NCBI GenBank assembly: GCA_963792395.1
Contig: CAWBWE010000031.1
Span: 12,256-76,255, forward strand
Direction: 5' to 3'
Length of the DNA stretch: 64,000 nt
From: an uncultured Bacteroidales bacterium
GTDB taxonomy: Bacteria > Bacteroidota > Bacteroidia > Bacteroidales > GCA-2748055
Part shown: positions 20,683-29,884 of the stretch, piece by piece
Layout of the letters: every line of letters begins with the position of its first letter
How positions within the stretch are numbered: the stretch's first letter is position 1
Program-made: the position numbers and the translations under genes
Notes under the pieces: model-generated
The model's input: only the letters and a program-made list of their open reading frames with translations
Database searches by the model: none
What the model was told of the DNA's origin: nothing

Positions 20683-21026
20683 AAAATCCTATATATTAAG
20701 CTGGATGTAGCCCAGCTGATAGTTCACTCAAAACTGTGTATCTGCCTCTAATTCAACACAAAATTAGACGTTTTAAGGCATTTTAAGTCCTTCAGAAGGC
20801 GATATTTCCCCGCATACTGACAGATACTACAGCTTTATTCCACCCATGCACGGCATATGTTGAGTCCAGCACCTGTTCCTTTCAATTCTTCCCTCAGGTG
20901 AAGGGGAGGAGTGTAGAGCTTTTCAAATTGCACGTTCCAGGAATTCCTTTTTTCAACTCTCAGGTATGCCCGAAATAGTAAGTCAGGAAATAAATTTCAG
21001 GCTTGCTTGCTCCATAATATAATAAT

Positions 21027-21135
21027 TCACAAATGTAACCTAATCGCAGATGATTACAATTGTAACATAAGAAAAACAGACTAAATAGAGCCAAAATGCT
21101 GCCTATTTCCAGCCAAAGACATGTTACAAATGTAA
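21027..21135. promoter_or_regulatory. Distal cluster of three TTACA-N2-TGTAA palindromes
   Basis: TCACAAATGTAA at 21027-21038 has 1 arm mismatch. TTACAATTGTAA at 21054-21065 is a perfect 12-bp palindrome. TTACAAATGTAA at 21124-21135 has perfect arms. Confidence 0.45.
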
Positions 21136-21297
21136 ACAAAATAAACACGACTGTTAAATCGTAAGTTATATGGCTTAAACAGCATATAACCAGATATTTA
21201 TGCAAGTTATCATCATTATACTTCAGCTAAATCTCTAAAATTGACTTTAAAAGTGCTTCTAAACTGTAAATAATCGTTATTATAACTTTATAAACCA

Positions 21298-21457
21298 GTA
21301 TTATAATAGCTCTATATGAACTATTACTTCAATATCGTCTAAATGGGAGCTAAATAGCCTGAAAATAGGGCTGAAAGAACTGTTATCAGTATATAAATGA
21401 GGTCCTGAAGGCACTGTTAAGGCCTTATTTCTAGCCATTCTCCGTATTATAATAGCT
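21298..21457. repeat. 14-nt direct repeat GTATTATAATAGCT (two copies)
   Basis: Identical copies at 21298-21311 and 21444-21457 inside the AT-rich non-coding island. Further ATTATAA-like words occur at about 21277 and 21462. Confidence 0.6.
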
Positions 21458-21556
21458 GGATATTATAATAATGAAGAATGCATCTATTATCCAGTAAATT
21501 GGGATCTATACTGCTCAGACCTGTTATAAGTGAATATCCTTATTTTTCAGAATATG

Positions 21557-21615
21557 TTACAAATGTCAATTAACATATGTTACATTTGGCAACAGAATAC
21601 TTGTTACATTTGTAA
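21557..21615 (+). promoter_or_regulatory. Proximal array of three TGTTACA-type sites / candidate promoter-operator of the HTH gene
   Basis: Sites TTACAAATGTCA (21557-21568), TTACATTTGGCA (21580-21591) and TTACATTTGTAA (21604-21615) are spaced 23 and 24 bp apart. The last ends 14 nt before ATG 21630. The last two sites contain TACATTTG, which fits the Bacteroidetes -7 consensus TAnnTTTG. Confidence 0.5.
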
Positions 21616-21629
21616 TCAAACATACAGGC

Positions 21630-22118
21630 ATGAAAGAACGTCTTATTCAGTTATTGGACCTGGAACAGCTCTCCCCTTCTAAATTTGCAGATATCATCGG
21701 GGTTCAGCGAAGCAGTATTTCACACGTACTCTCGGGGCGCAACAAACCGAGCTTTGACTTTCTGCAGAAGACTTTAAAGGCCTTTCCTGGCCTCAACGCC
21801 TCCTGGTTAATGACGGGGGAAGGCAGCATGTATGAACAGATGGGAAGAAAAGTAACGGGCAATCTGTTTGATACACCAGGCGAGCCTGAGGAGCGATCTG
21901 ACGTCCATATTTCAGAAGAATCTGTACAGCCACACGAGGAAAAGCCTTCTCAGGAGGATATAAAAAATGAAGAGATTGCTGAACCTGCTGCCGTAGAGAG
22001 CAAAAGTGAACGCGCTGAAGCTCCGGCGGCAGTCGTTACGCCAGGCAAAAAAAAGATTGTGCAGGTGATGGTGATATACGAGGACGATACCTTCCGGACT
22101 TTTACCCCGGCGAATTAG
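21630..22118 (+). CDS. XRE-family helix-turn-helix protein with acidic/Pro-rich C-terminal half
   Basis: 162-aa ORF. The HTH reads SPSKFADIIGVQRSSISHVLSGRNKPSFDFLQKTLKAFPGLNASWLMTGEGSM, typical of a conserved Bacteroidetes HTH family. Confidence 0.8.
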   Translation: MKERLIQLLDLEQLSPSKFADIIGVQRSSISHVLSGRNKPSFDFLQKTLKAFPGLNASWLMTGEGSMYEQMGRKVTGNLFDTPGEPEERSDVHISEESVQPHEEKPSQEDIKNEEIAEPAAVESKSERAEAPAAVVTPGKKKIVQVMVIYEDDTFRTFTPAN

Positions 22119-22149
22119 AAATCTGTGTATATTTGCATGCAAAAATCGA

Positions 22150-23202
22150 ATGTACCGTTACCTGATCAGACCCTTTCTATTTCTTCTTCCCCCCGAAACT
22201 ATCCACCATTTTTTAATCTCCTTTCTTCGTTTAGTCTTTAAAATCCCGGGCTTCCTTGCCCTGGTAAAGAGCTGTTATCATGTGAAACATCAGGCACTGG
22301 AGACCAATTTCCTTGGATTAAACTTCAGCAATCCCGTAGGACTGGCGGCAGGATTTGATAAGAATGCAAGTGTTTACAAGGAGTTTCAGGCCTTTGGCTT
22401 TTCTTTTATCGAAATCGGTACCGTCACCCCACAGGGACAGGCGGGAAACGAGAAACCACGCAGTTTCAGAATAAAAAAGGACCGGGGACTGATTAACCGG
22501 ATGGGATTTAACAACCATGGAGCGGAGGCAGCAGCAGCCAAATTGGCCCGTAAACGGCCAAAAGGGCTTATTCTGGGCGGAAACATAGGGAAGAACACCC
22601 AAACCCCCAATGAAGAGGCTGTAAGCGATTATGAGGCTGTATTCAACACCATTTACCAGGGTGTGGACTATTTCGTGGTTAATGTGAGTTGTCCAAATAT
22701 TTCAGACCTTCGCAAACTGCAGGACCAGGATTCTCTGGAGCAGATCCTTGGGCGTATCATGGAGCTGCGAGAAATGAAGGAGAAAAAGAAACCCGTTCTG
22801 CTGAAAATCTCTCCCGATCTGAATGAAAAGCAGCTGGATGAGACCCTGGAGATTGTGAATCGTCTGAAGATCGATGGTATTGTGGCCACCAACACCACGG
22901 TGAGCAGAGAAGGATTAAAGACTCCGGCAGAGCAGATACAGGCCATCGGGAAGGGGGGGATGAGTGGAGCGCCCATTACTGTCCGGAGCCTGGAGGTGGT
23001 CCGTTATATTCATCAGAAGAGCCAAGGAAAAATCCCCATCATTGCAGTGGGAGGCATCATGTCTGTCCGGGATGCGATGAATATGCTGGATGCAGGAGCT
23101 TCCCTGATACAACTCTATACAGGCTTTATTTATGAAGGGCCGGGTCTGGCCAGGCGCATCAACCGCGCCATTCTCAAAAGCAGAACCAAGGAATTATCCT
23201 AA
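22150..23202 (+). CDS. pyrD: Dihydroorotate dehydrogenase (quinone), class 2
   Basis: 350-aa ORF with N-terminal membrane-association helices. Motifs GLAAGFDKN, EIGTVTP, NRMGFNN, VNVSCPN and IIAVGGI. Confidence 0.92.
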   Translation: MYRYLIRPFLFLLPPETIHHFLISFLRLVFKIPGFLALVKSCYHVKHQALETNFLGLNFSNPVGLAAGFDKNASVYKEFQAFGFSFIEIGTVTPQGQAGNEKPRSFRIKKDRGLINRMGFNNHGAEAAAAKLARKRPKGLILGGNIGKNTQTPNEEAVSDYEAVFNTIYQGVDYFVVNVSCPNISDLRKLQDQDSLEQILGRIMELREMKEKKKPVLLKISPDLNEKQLDETLEIVNRLKIDGIVATNTTVSREGLKTPAEQIQAIGKGGMSGAPITVRSLEVVRYIHQKSQGKIPIIAVGGIMSVRDAMNMLDAGASLIQLYTGFIYEGPGLARRINRAILKSRTKELS

Positions 23203-24620
23203 TCTATTTTGGGCAGATCGACCCGCCACTCCACCACAGGTTTAGTGCGGCGTGGAATGGATGTGAAATGGGTTTCGGGCCCCACCGACTTCTTTACAAG
23301 CGGGGATACCCCGGTAATCTCCTCAAGTGCTCTGGCCAGCAGGGGATCCTCCAGGCTTCCAAAGGGTTTGGCATATAGCAGGTTATCCTCAATTTCAATG
23401 TCAGGGGCTATCCCACTGACAAAATCTGTAAATCCCTCTGCATTGGAGTATTTGATCACAATGGGCTGCATGGCCCAGTTGTGACGTTTGGGTTCTTCCC
23501 AGTCATCAATCGTGATGGAAGCGTAGCACTTTCCATAGGTACTGGTTCCAATCTGCACCACGTTCATATAGGGATACAGACCAGTCATTAAGGATTCGCT
23601 GGCAGAGGCTGTTCCATCGGTGGTCAGAAAATACACCGAAGATAAATTCAGGTTCAAATCACTCTCTGGCATCCTGACACGGAGCTGAAAGGACTCCAGG
23701 CCATCGGCTTGTCCATCATCATCCAGGTCAGCTCCCGCCCAGTAGTTATTGTACAGGTCGTTCCATACCAGGTCCACGAAAACCTCGTTCTCTTCCATGA
23801 CAGATGCGGGCGCCAGGCTAGCTGCCATGTAGGCAGAGAGATCCAGGCTCCCTCCCGGATTGTAGCGGAGATCCACCACCACATCACTTACACCAGCCGC
23901 TTTAAACTCAGAAAATACTCCATCCAATTCATCCAGCCATTCATCCTGTTCTCCGGCGGTAAACTGGGTGTAGACCAGATAACCGATTTTTTGACCCTGA
24001 TAATCAATTACTTCATCATAAACGACCGGATTTTGATTTAGCTCAATGGCAGTCAGGGGAATCTCTATACCATTGGGAACCATGGTATTACCGTTCCAGT
24101 CGGCAAAGCCAAAGGTGGCTGTAGTCTGGTAGTATAGCGTATAGTAATTATCCGAGGTTAAAATAGTACCGTCGATGGTATATATAATATCGCCGCGTGC
24201 AATGCCGGTTTCAGCTGCAGGGGAGCCGGGTGTTACAAACTCCACAAAACTGACCACCTGGTTTCCACTGTAAATCATTGGATAAGCAGACATTCCGGTA
24301 GCCGTCTCTACTCCATCAAACATGGCGGCAAGTTCCTCGTAATCATCTACGATCCATGAATTTTTATCTCCCTCGTAGAGAAGCTTATTGAAAAAAGCCT
24401 TAGGATCCGGTTCCTCTCTCCAGTCCAAATCCGGGATAAAGGACTCCCACAGGTAGACCTCGTTCATTCCTTCCCAGATCCAGTTGTTCAGGATCAAGGT
24501 CTCTTCCGGAAGTTCATTTCCATTCCCGTTATTCTCTTTCTCACATGCCGGAATCGCGGTAAATAACATGCTGGCTATAACAAGCAAGGCAATGTTCCTT
24601 ATCAGTCGTTTCATTCTCAC
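23199..24620 (-). CDS. S41 family peptidase (lipoprotein, PDZ-containing)
   Basis: 473-aa ORF with a lipoprotein signal (...FTAIPAC). PDZ-like GSPAAETGIARGDIIYTIDG. S41 core DLRYNPGGS and TDGTASASE ... GTSTYGK. Confidence 0.8.
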   Translation of the reverse strand: MRMKRLIRNIALLVIASMLFTAIPACEKENNGNGNELPEETLILNNWIWEGMNEVYLWESFIPDLDWREEPDPKAFFNKLLYEGDKNSWIVDDYEELAAMFDGVETATGMSAYPMIYSGNQVVSFVEFVTPGSPAAETGIARGDIIYTIDGTILTSDNYYTLYYQTTATFGFADWNGNTMVPNGIEIPLTAIELNQNPVVYDEVIDYQGQKIGYLVYTQFTAGEQDEWLDELDGVFSEFKAAGVSDVVVDLRYNPGGSLDLSAYMAASLAPASVMEENEVFVDLVWNDLYNNYWAGADLDDDGQADGLESFQLRVRMPESDLNLNLSSVYFLTTDGTASASESLMTGLYPYMNVVQIGTSTYGKCYASITIDDWEEPKRHNWAMQPIVIKYSNAEGFTDFVSGIAPDIEIEDNLLYAKPFGSLEDPLLARALEEITGVSPLVKKSVGPETHFTSIPRRTKPVVEWRVDLPKID

Positions 24621-24720
24621 AGTTTAAAATACAAAATTAGAAATATCCTTTATCTCTGCCACTGATCTGTCTGAACAAACTTGCCTTTCTTCCGTTCTAT
24701 TTTGAAAAGACCGAATATGC

Positions 24721-25131
24721 ATGGCTGAAAATAAGACAAAACCTACTACAAAAAGTGTTCCGGAATTTCTGAACCAGATTGCAGATCCCAAAAGAAAAGA
24801 AGATTGTTTGGCAATCGCAGAAATAATGGAAAGACTAAGTGGCTCAAAACCAAAGATGTGGGGTGACTCCATCGTGGGTTTTGGGGATTATCGGTATAAA
24901 TATGCCAGTGGCCGGGAGGGAGACTGGTTCCTGGTGGGATTTGCTCCCCGGAAGCAGAACCTGAGCATTTATATCATGGGGTACCTGGAGTTTTATTCCG
25001 ATATCCTGGAAGGTCTTGGGAAATTCAAGCACGGGAAGGGTTGTCTGTATATCAATAAGCTGGAAGATATTGATCTGGATGTACTTGATAATCTGATTAC
25101 TACTTCCATTAAGCGTTTGCAAGCATCTTAA
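24721..25131 (+). CDS. DUF1801 (YdhG-like) domain protein
   Basis: 136-aa ORF. VPEFLNQIADPKRKEDCLAIAEIM...PKMWGDSIVGFG...NLSIYIM fits DUF1801. Confidence 0.75.
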   Translation: MAENKTKPTTKSVPEFLNQIADPKRKEDCLAIAEIMERLSGSKPKMWGDSIVGFGDYRYKYASGREGDWFLVGFAPRKQNLSIYIMGYLEFYSDILEGLGKFKHGKGCLYINKLEDIDLDVLDNLITTSIKRLQAS

Positions 25132-25158
25132 TTTCAATTCATAAATGAACCCTGTCTG

Positions 25159-25908
25159 ATGCGTAGCCTCAAAACGATATTAGTGGTTCTGCTGGTCTGG
25201 GGAATTCCACTCTATGCCCAAAGGAAAGCGGAGCCGGTAAAGGAGCACCAGGGATTCTCTGAACGCATGGAAGAGCGGAGGCAGATGGTTCTGGAGGGTA
25301 TTGAGAACTATCCGCATCACCCGGTTCAGGATCCCGAAGTGCTGGAAGCTATGCGCCGGGTACCCAGGCATCTTTTTGTACCGCAGGAGTACCGGGATTT
25401 GGCCTACAGGAACAGTCCGCTGGTAATAGGGTATGAACAGACGATTTCGCAACCCTTTATCGTGGCTCATATGTCTGAGCTGCTCGAGCTGAAGCCGGAG
25501 CACCGGGTTCTGGAAATTGGTACCGGTTCCGGATACCAGGCTGCGGTCCTGGGTGAACTCTGCAATCACGTATATACCATAGAGATTGTGGCTCCCCTGG
25601 GCAGAAAAGCAGAAAAATTACTGAAGGAGCTCGGGTATGCGCAGGTGCAGGTCAGGATCGGGGATGGGTATAAGGGTTGGCCGGAGGCTGCACCCTTCGA
25701 CCGGATCATTGTGACCTGTGCCCCGGAAAAAATTCCGCAGGCATTGCTGGATCAGCTTGCTCCCGGCGGCCGGATGGTGATCCCGGTGGGTGGACAGCGC
25801 GAGATCCAGTACATGGTGGAAGTTTTCAAGGACAGAAAGGGGCGTGTCACCCGGAAAGAGCACTACCCGGTCCGCTTTGTTCCCATGACCGGAAAATCAG
25901 AAGAATAA
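25159..25908 (+). CDS. pcm: Protein-L-isoaspartate O-methyltransferase with N-terminal signal-like segment
   Basis: 249-aa ORF. Motifs TISQPFIVAHM, VLEIGTGSGYQAAVL, PFDRIIVT and GGRMVIPVG. The N-terminus MRSLKTILVVLLVWGIPLYAQ looks like a signal peptide. Confidence 0.9.
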   Translation: MRSLKTILVVLLVWGIPLYAQRKAEPVKEHQGFSERMEERRQMVLEGIENYPHHPVQDPEVLEAMRRVPRHLFVPQEYRDLAYRNSPLVIGYEQTISQPFIVAHMSELLELKPEHRVLEIGTGSGYQAAVLGELCNHVYTIEIVAPLGRKAEKLLKELGYAQVQVRIGDGYKGWPEAAPFDRIIVTCAPEKIPQALLDQLAPGGRMVIPVGGQREIQYMVEVFKDRKGRVTRKEHYPVRFVPMTGKSEE

Positions 25909-25951
25909 ACTGTAGCTGAAAATTCCCACAGGAAAATTATCTTTGTCTTCT

Positions 25952-27001
25952 ATGATTCTACTTTTGATATATTTGGGCATCGCCCTTTTCTTCTCATTTC
26001 TTTGCTCCATCCTGGAAGCTGCCCTATTAAGCACTTCCAGTATCTATATCAATATGAAGCTGAAGGAGGGGCGAAAGTATGCCCAAAGTTTGGATCACTA
26101 CAAGAAAAATATCGACCTCCCCCTTTCGGCGATTCTTACTCTGAATACTTTTGCCCATACCATTGGCGCTGCGGGAGTGGGCTCCCAGGTCCAGGAACTC
26201 TGGGGGAACGACTATCTGGCCATCGCATCCATCATCCTGACTTTGATTATTCTGATTGGTTCCGAGATTATACCCAAAACCCTGGGAGCACTCTACTGGA
26301 AAGAACTGAGCCGTTTTACGGTACTTGCCCTTCGGATCATGATCTACTCCCCGCTTTATCCTTTTATCCTGCTGACCAATTCTGTTACCCGTCTGCTCCG
26401 AAAAGGGAGGAGCGGCAAATCAGCCATCAGCGAACCCGAGTTCCGGGCCATCACCGACACGGTGATTGAAAACCGGGTGATGGATGCCGAAGAGTCACGC
26501 ATCCTGGAGAATCTGATGCAGTTTCAGAACATTCTGGTAAAGAACATAATGACCCCGCAGGTGGTTATTCATGCTGCAGATGAAAGTACCAGCATAGAAC
26601 AGTTTTACGAAAAAAACCAGGATAGCCCCTTTTCCAGGATTCCCCTTTATCAAAAGGAATTGAATGAGTTTACTGGATTTGTGCTCAGAGACGAGGTGAT
26701 GGAGTCGATCATTGAAAAACGGGGAGGGGAGCCCCTGAAAAGCATAGCCAGGCCCATCACTGCCGTGAATGAAGATACCCCCATCGTCCGCTTATTCAGC
26801 AAGCTGATTGAACGCAGGATCCATATGGCCATCGTAGTGGATGAATACGGGATGGTAAGCGGGCTGGTTACCATGGAGGACCTTTTCGAAACCCTTATCG
26901 GTCTGGAGATTGTGGATGAGATGGACGATGTGGAGGACATGCAGGTGCTGGCCAGGAAGAACTGGGAGACACGTGCCAAGAAGCTGGGCCTGATTAAATA
27001 G
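25952..27001 (+). CDS. CNNM/DUF21 transporter with CBS pair (HlyC/CorC-type, no CorC_HlyC tail)
   Basis: ORF 25943..27001; ATG at 25952 is preferred over TTG at 25943. It has 4 TM helices (DUF21) followed by two CBS-like repeats (IMTPQVVIHAAD...; HMAIVVDEYGMVSGLVTMEDLFETLIG). Confidence 0.85.
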   Translation: MILLLIYLGIALFFSFLCSILEAALLSTSSIYINMKLKEGRKYAQSLDHYKKNIDLPLSAILTLNTFAHTIGAAGVGSQVQELWGNDYLAIASIILTLIILIGSEIIPKTLGALYWKELSRFTVLALRIMIYSPLYPFILLTNSVTRLLRKGRSGKSAISEPEFRAITDTVIENRVMDAEESRILENLMQFQNILVKNIMTPQVVIHAADESTSIEQFYEKNQDSPFSRIPLYQKELNEFTGFVLRDEVMESIIEKRGGEPLKSIARPITAVNEDTPIVRLFSKLIERRIHMAIVVDEYGMVSGLVTMEDLFETLIGLEIVDEMDDVEDMQVLARKNWETRAKKLGLIK

Positions 27002-28691
27002 AAAGCATCCGCAGCATCTCTCTTCTTTTCTTTCTGAATTCCCCGATGTTGATGTCGTAGTGCTCGAAGCCGTATACTGTGGTTCTAACCATTTCCCTGG
27101 CCTTCTCCAGGGAAACGTTCACTGTACATCTTTAGCAGCTCGTAGTCCACAATACCGTCTCGCATGGCCTCCAGGCGAATGGATGGATATATGTTTTTGT
27201 ATGCAGGGTAGCAAATCCAACAATCTCCTCCGGGCAGAATGTTTCCCGAAGAAACAATCATCCCCGAAACATCATCGTATGGGTCTTCGCCTGTTACTAT
27301 TCCGGAGTTCGAGCCCCAGTAATTGAAACCCCAGTGCAGGTAGCCGGGAATGCTCGTATTTGAAGTTCACCCAATGCAGGAGACGGGTTTTGATCAGGGG
27401 CAATTCCACAAAGCGGTTGGCCCACTCTCCCTTGGGAGCCAGGCAGGTGTAGTACCATGCTTCATCGCCCAGGCTTTGGCGATCGGAATAAAAATCCAAT
27501 CCATCTCTTAGGAAATTCATCTGCGGCACCCATACATCGATCATATTCTCCAGCTGGTGGGTATGACAGGCTTCAATAACCACCAAGTCAGGAACCAGCG
27601 ATTTAAGGAATTTGGATATTTCAATGTAAGATTCCACGTTCTCATTAATGGGCTCATCGGCAATGTGTTGAATATATTGCTTCTCCCAGCCATTGGCTTT
27701 GATGTTTTCCACAAATGCAGGTAAAAAGGCAGAGTAGAATTCTTTGGTTTTGGGCTCACGGAGCGAAAAGAGTTCCTTCTCTTTTTCCTCGTCGCCAAAT
27801 ACCGGAACGTATAATCCGAAAGGCCCCAGCCAATCGCCATCCAAACGGCTTCCAAAGTGCCCACCTTCCAGTCGCCCGATCACTCCTTCCTCAATGAACA
27901 GATTCACCATCCGGTTAAAATTCGTAAAATCGAAATCCCACTTCCCATTTTCATGGAAAAATCAGTATGATCGAAGGGCGAAATCATGGCCACATTCTGA
28001 CGATAATCGGCAAGTGTTTTAGCCATAACGCGGGACAACTCCCAATACAACTCACTGTGTTTTTCAACCGCTTCCATGTTATTCAGTAATGCAGCCTGTC
28101 CAGGAAAAACCAGTTAGTCACCCACAGGGATGATTTTTCTATCACAGGTTCAAACACCTCTATTTCAAAGTCTTTGCTGTCTGAAAAAGCAGCCCCGTTT
28201 ATATCTCCGCTTATTGTTACAGCTCCCTTGTAGATACCTGTTTCACAGTCAACAGGTATTTTCACCGACACCCAAAGGGGCTGCGTGTTTCCAAACTTAA
28301 CATCCCGGCTTTCCTCGTATACAATGGGATCGGGAAAATAACCGGACATGGGCGCATAGGTATCGTTTGAGGGATCGGGACTGGCCCGACCCACTTTCAC
28401 AAAACTTACAAAGCCTTTTTTCATATCCGATAAAACGGATTCGCCCTTAGAAGGGGCATCCAAATCCACTTTGAGGTTTTCTATATCTGCATTGGCCCGG
28501 ACCACAAATTGAAAAGAGGCATGTTCTCCCCGAGCCACATCCGCGTGTGCCTCCATAGGGGCAAAATAATTGCTTTCAGGAAATACTTTAGTGAGTGGAT
28601 CCACGGCTTCAAATTGGACCGAAGGTCCTGGCTGGCATCCTGGAAACAAACTACTGGCTATAACGATTAAAGCAAAAATGAATTTATTCAT
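26994..28691 (-). pseudogene. DUF4091 / GH123-like secreted glycoside-hydrolase-family protein, at least 4 frameshifts
   Basis: N-terminal fragment 28083..28691 has a lipoprotein-type signal (SSLFPGC) and beta-sandwich region. Core fragment 27272..27910 contains HIADEPINENV...IDVWVPQMN. The C-terminal pieces IPGYLHWGFNYWG, IRLEAMRDGIVDYELLKMY and LEKAREMVRTTVYGFEHYDINIGEF lie in other frames. The stop at 26994 overlaps the CNNM stop region. Confidence 0.7.
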
Positions 28692-28877
28692 GGACTGTCT
28701 GATTTAAAGGGGTTTACATAAACAAAATTTTCCAGGGGGTGCTTGGAGGATATAGGGCGCATTTTGAATGGTTCGATACTGCAAAATAAGCCATTATCGG
28801 ACAGGAGCCAAAGAAAAAAGGAGACTGGATGATCTCTGGTACCTGTAAGACGGTAAGCATAAGAGTTTAGTAAATTC

Positions 28878-29577
28878 TTACAGTCCCGGATCAGATGGAT
28901 TTGATTCTCTCCGGGATTGATAGTCATTCAGCTTCGCAAACAGTGCTTCAATAATGGTATATACATCGGTCTCGTAAAGGAACTCCTCATTGAAATCGCA
29001 AAAGGCAATAAATCCCGTTAGAGAATCTCCATCCAGGTGGGTGATATCACCAACCAGCTCCCTGTTAAACTTTGAATGTATAACTTGTTCCCTCTTTTTG
29101 AGCTTACTGATTTTTTCCTTGAATTCTTTTTCCCGGTTAATGCCTCCTCCCAAAGTTGTTGTGTAGCCGAATCCATTCAGTTTATCTTTTATGGCTCGTT
29201 CTCTGTCAGCCTCCAGGGCAGCGGCAGCGGATGTTATTTTGAGATACTCTCTCAGTTTAGTTGTTTTGCTTTCAGGTAGATCCAGATGAATCACCTGGTA
29301 TTTAAAAGACTCATAACTTCTGAATCTCCTGATTTCTCGCGCTTATCCTGAATTCTCCGGAATCATTGGATATTGTTCCCATTCTGGTACTCTCATTCCA
29401 GAGATGAACATAGGATAGGGCCAGGCCCAAAGAGTCATCCACAATTTTTCCAGAGATTAACTTATTGCTTGACCCATCTTGCTGACCAGCCAGTCCTGGG
29501 GAGAAAAAAAACAGGAAGGGAAATACGATAATCACCAGTCGAAGCATAAAAGCAGGGCTTTGTTTCCAAAGTTCCAA
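28878..29577 (-). pseudogene. Carboxypeptidase-regulatory-like (CarboxypepD_reg) domain protein, probable single frameshift
   Basis: ORF 29311..29577 has a signal sequence and ISGKIVDDSLGLALSYVHLWNESTRMGTISNDSGEFRI, a CarboxypepD_reg-like domain. It stops at 29311. The frame of ORF 28878..29294 is open upstream (AREIRRFRSYESFKYQVIHLDL), so the two join within about 29313-29342. Confidence 0.5.
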
Positions 29578-29884
29578 ATATTAAATTTACAGGCTTGGCT
29601 TCAAGCCCTTAAAAAGTGTTAATGGATTGGTATATAAATACTAAAGATTGTTAAACCCCCGTCTAAATCTGACCTGTACCATAGATAGGGGTGGTTCCAC
29701 TCAGGTGAACCCTTAGGTATATCTATTATTTATACACTGATATTCAATAACTTGTTAACTAATTATCCTTAAAAAATTTGCATTTGTATGAAACAAAATG
29801 CTATATTAAGTGTCATATATAGTGTATTTAAGTTGGGGGTTCTTGTAGTAAACCTAACCCTTGATTTACTTAAAATATCCTAAA

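Noticed and set aside
20790-20960. Short minus-strand open frame (...NSWNVQFEKLYTPPLHLREELKGTGAGLNICRAWVE*) as a possible gene relic in the non-coding island
   Set aside because: It is only about 45 codons, I recognise no family, and there is no start codon context. I cannot distinguish it from chance without a database search.
20960-21205. 81-aa ORF in the AT-rich island
   Set aside because: It is a hydrophobic, low-complexity reading of AT-rich DNA (many Leu, Phe, Tyr, Cys). It has no start context and overlaps the palindrome cluster.
29688-29712. GGGGTGGTTCCACTCAGGTGAACCC, which resembles the tRNA-Lys 3' end on the + strand (GGGTGGTGACTCAGCTGAGGTTCGAAC at 31191-31217) and could be an att-site remnant bracketing the integrase
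   Set aside because: The similarity needs several gaps (blocks GGGTGGT, ACTCAG, GT, GAAC) and may be chance. A bracketed element of only ~1.5 kb containing just the integrase is odd. It needs a proper local alignment before it can be claimed.
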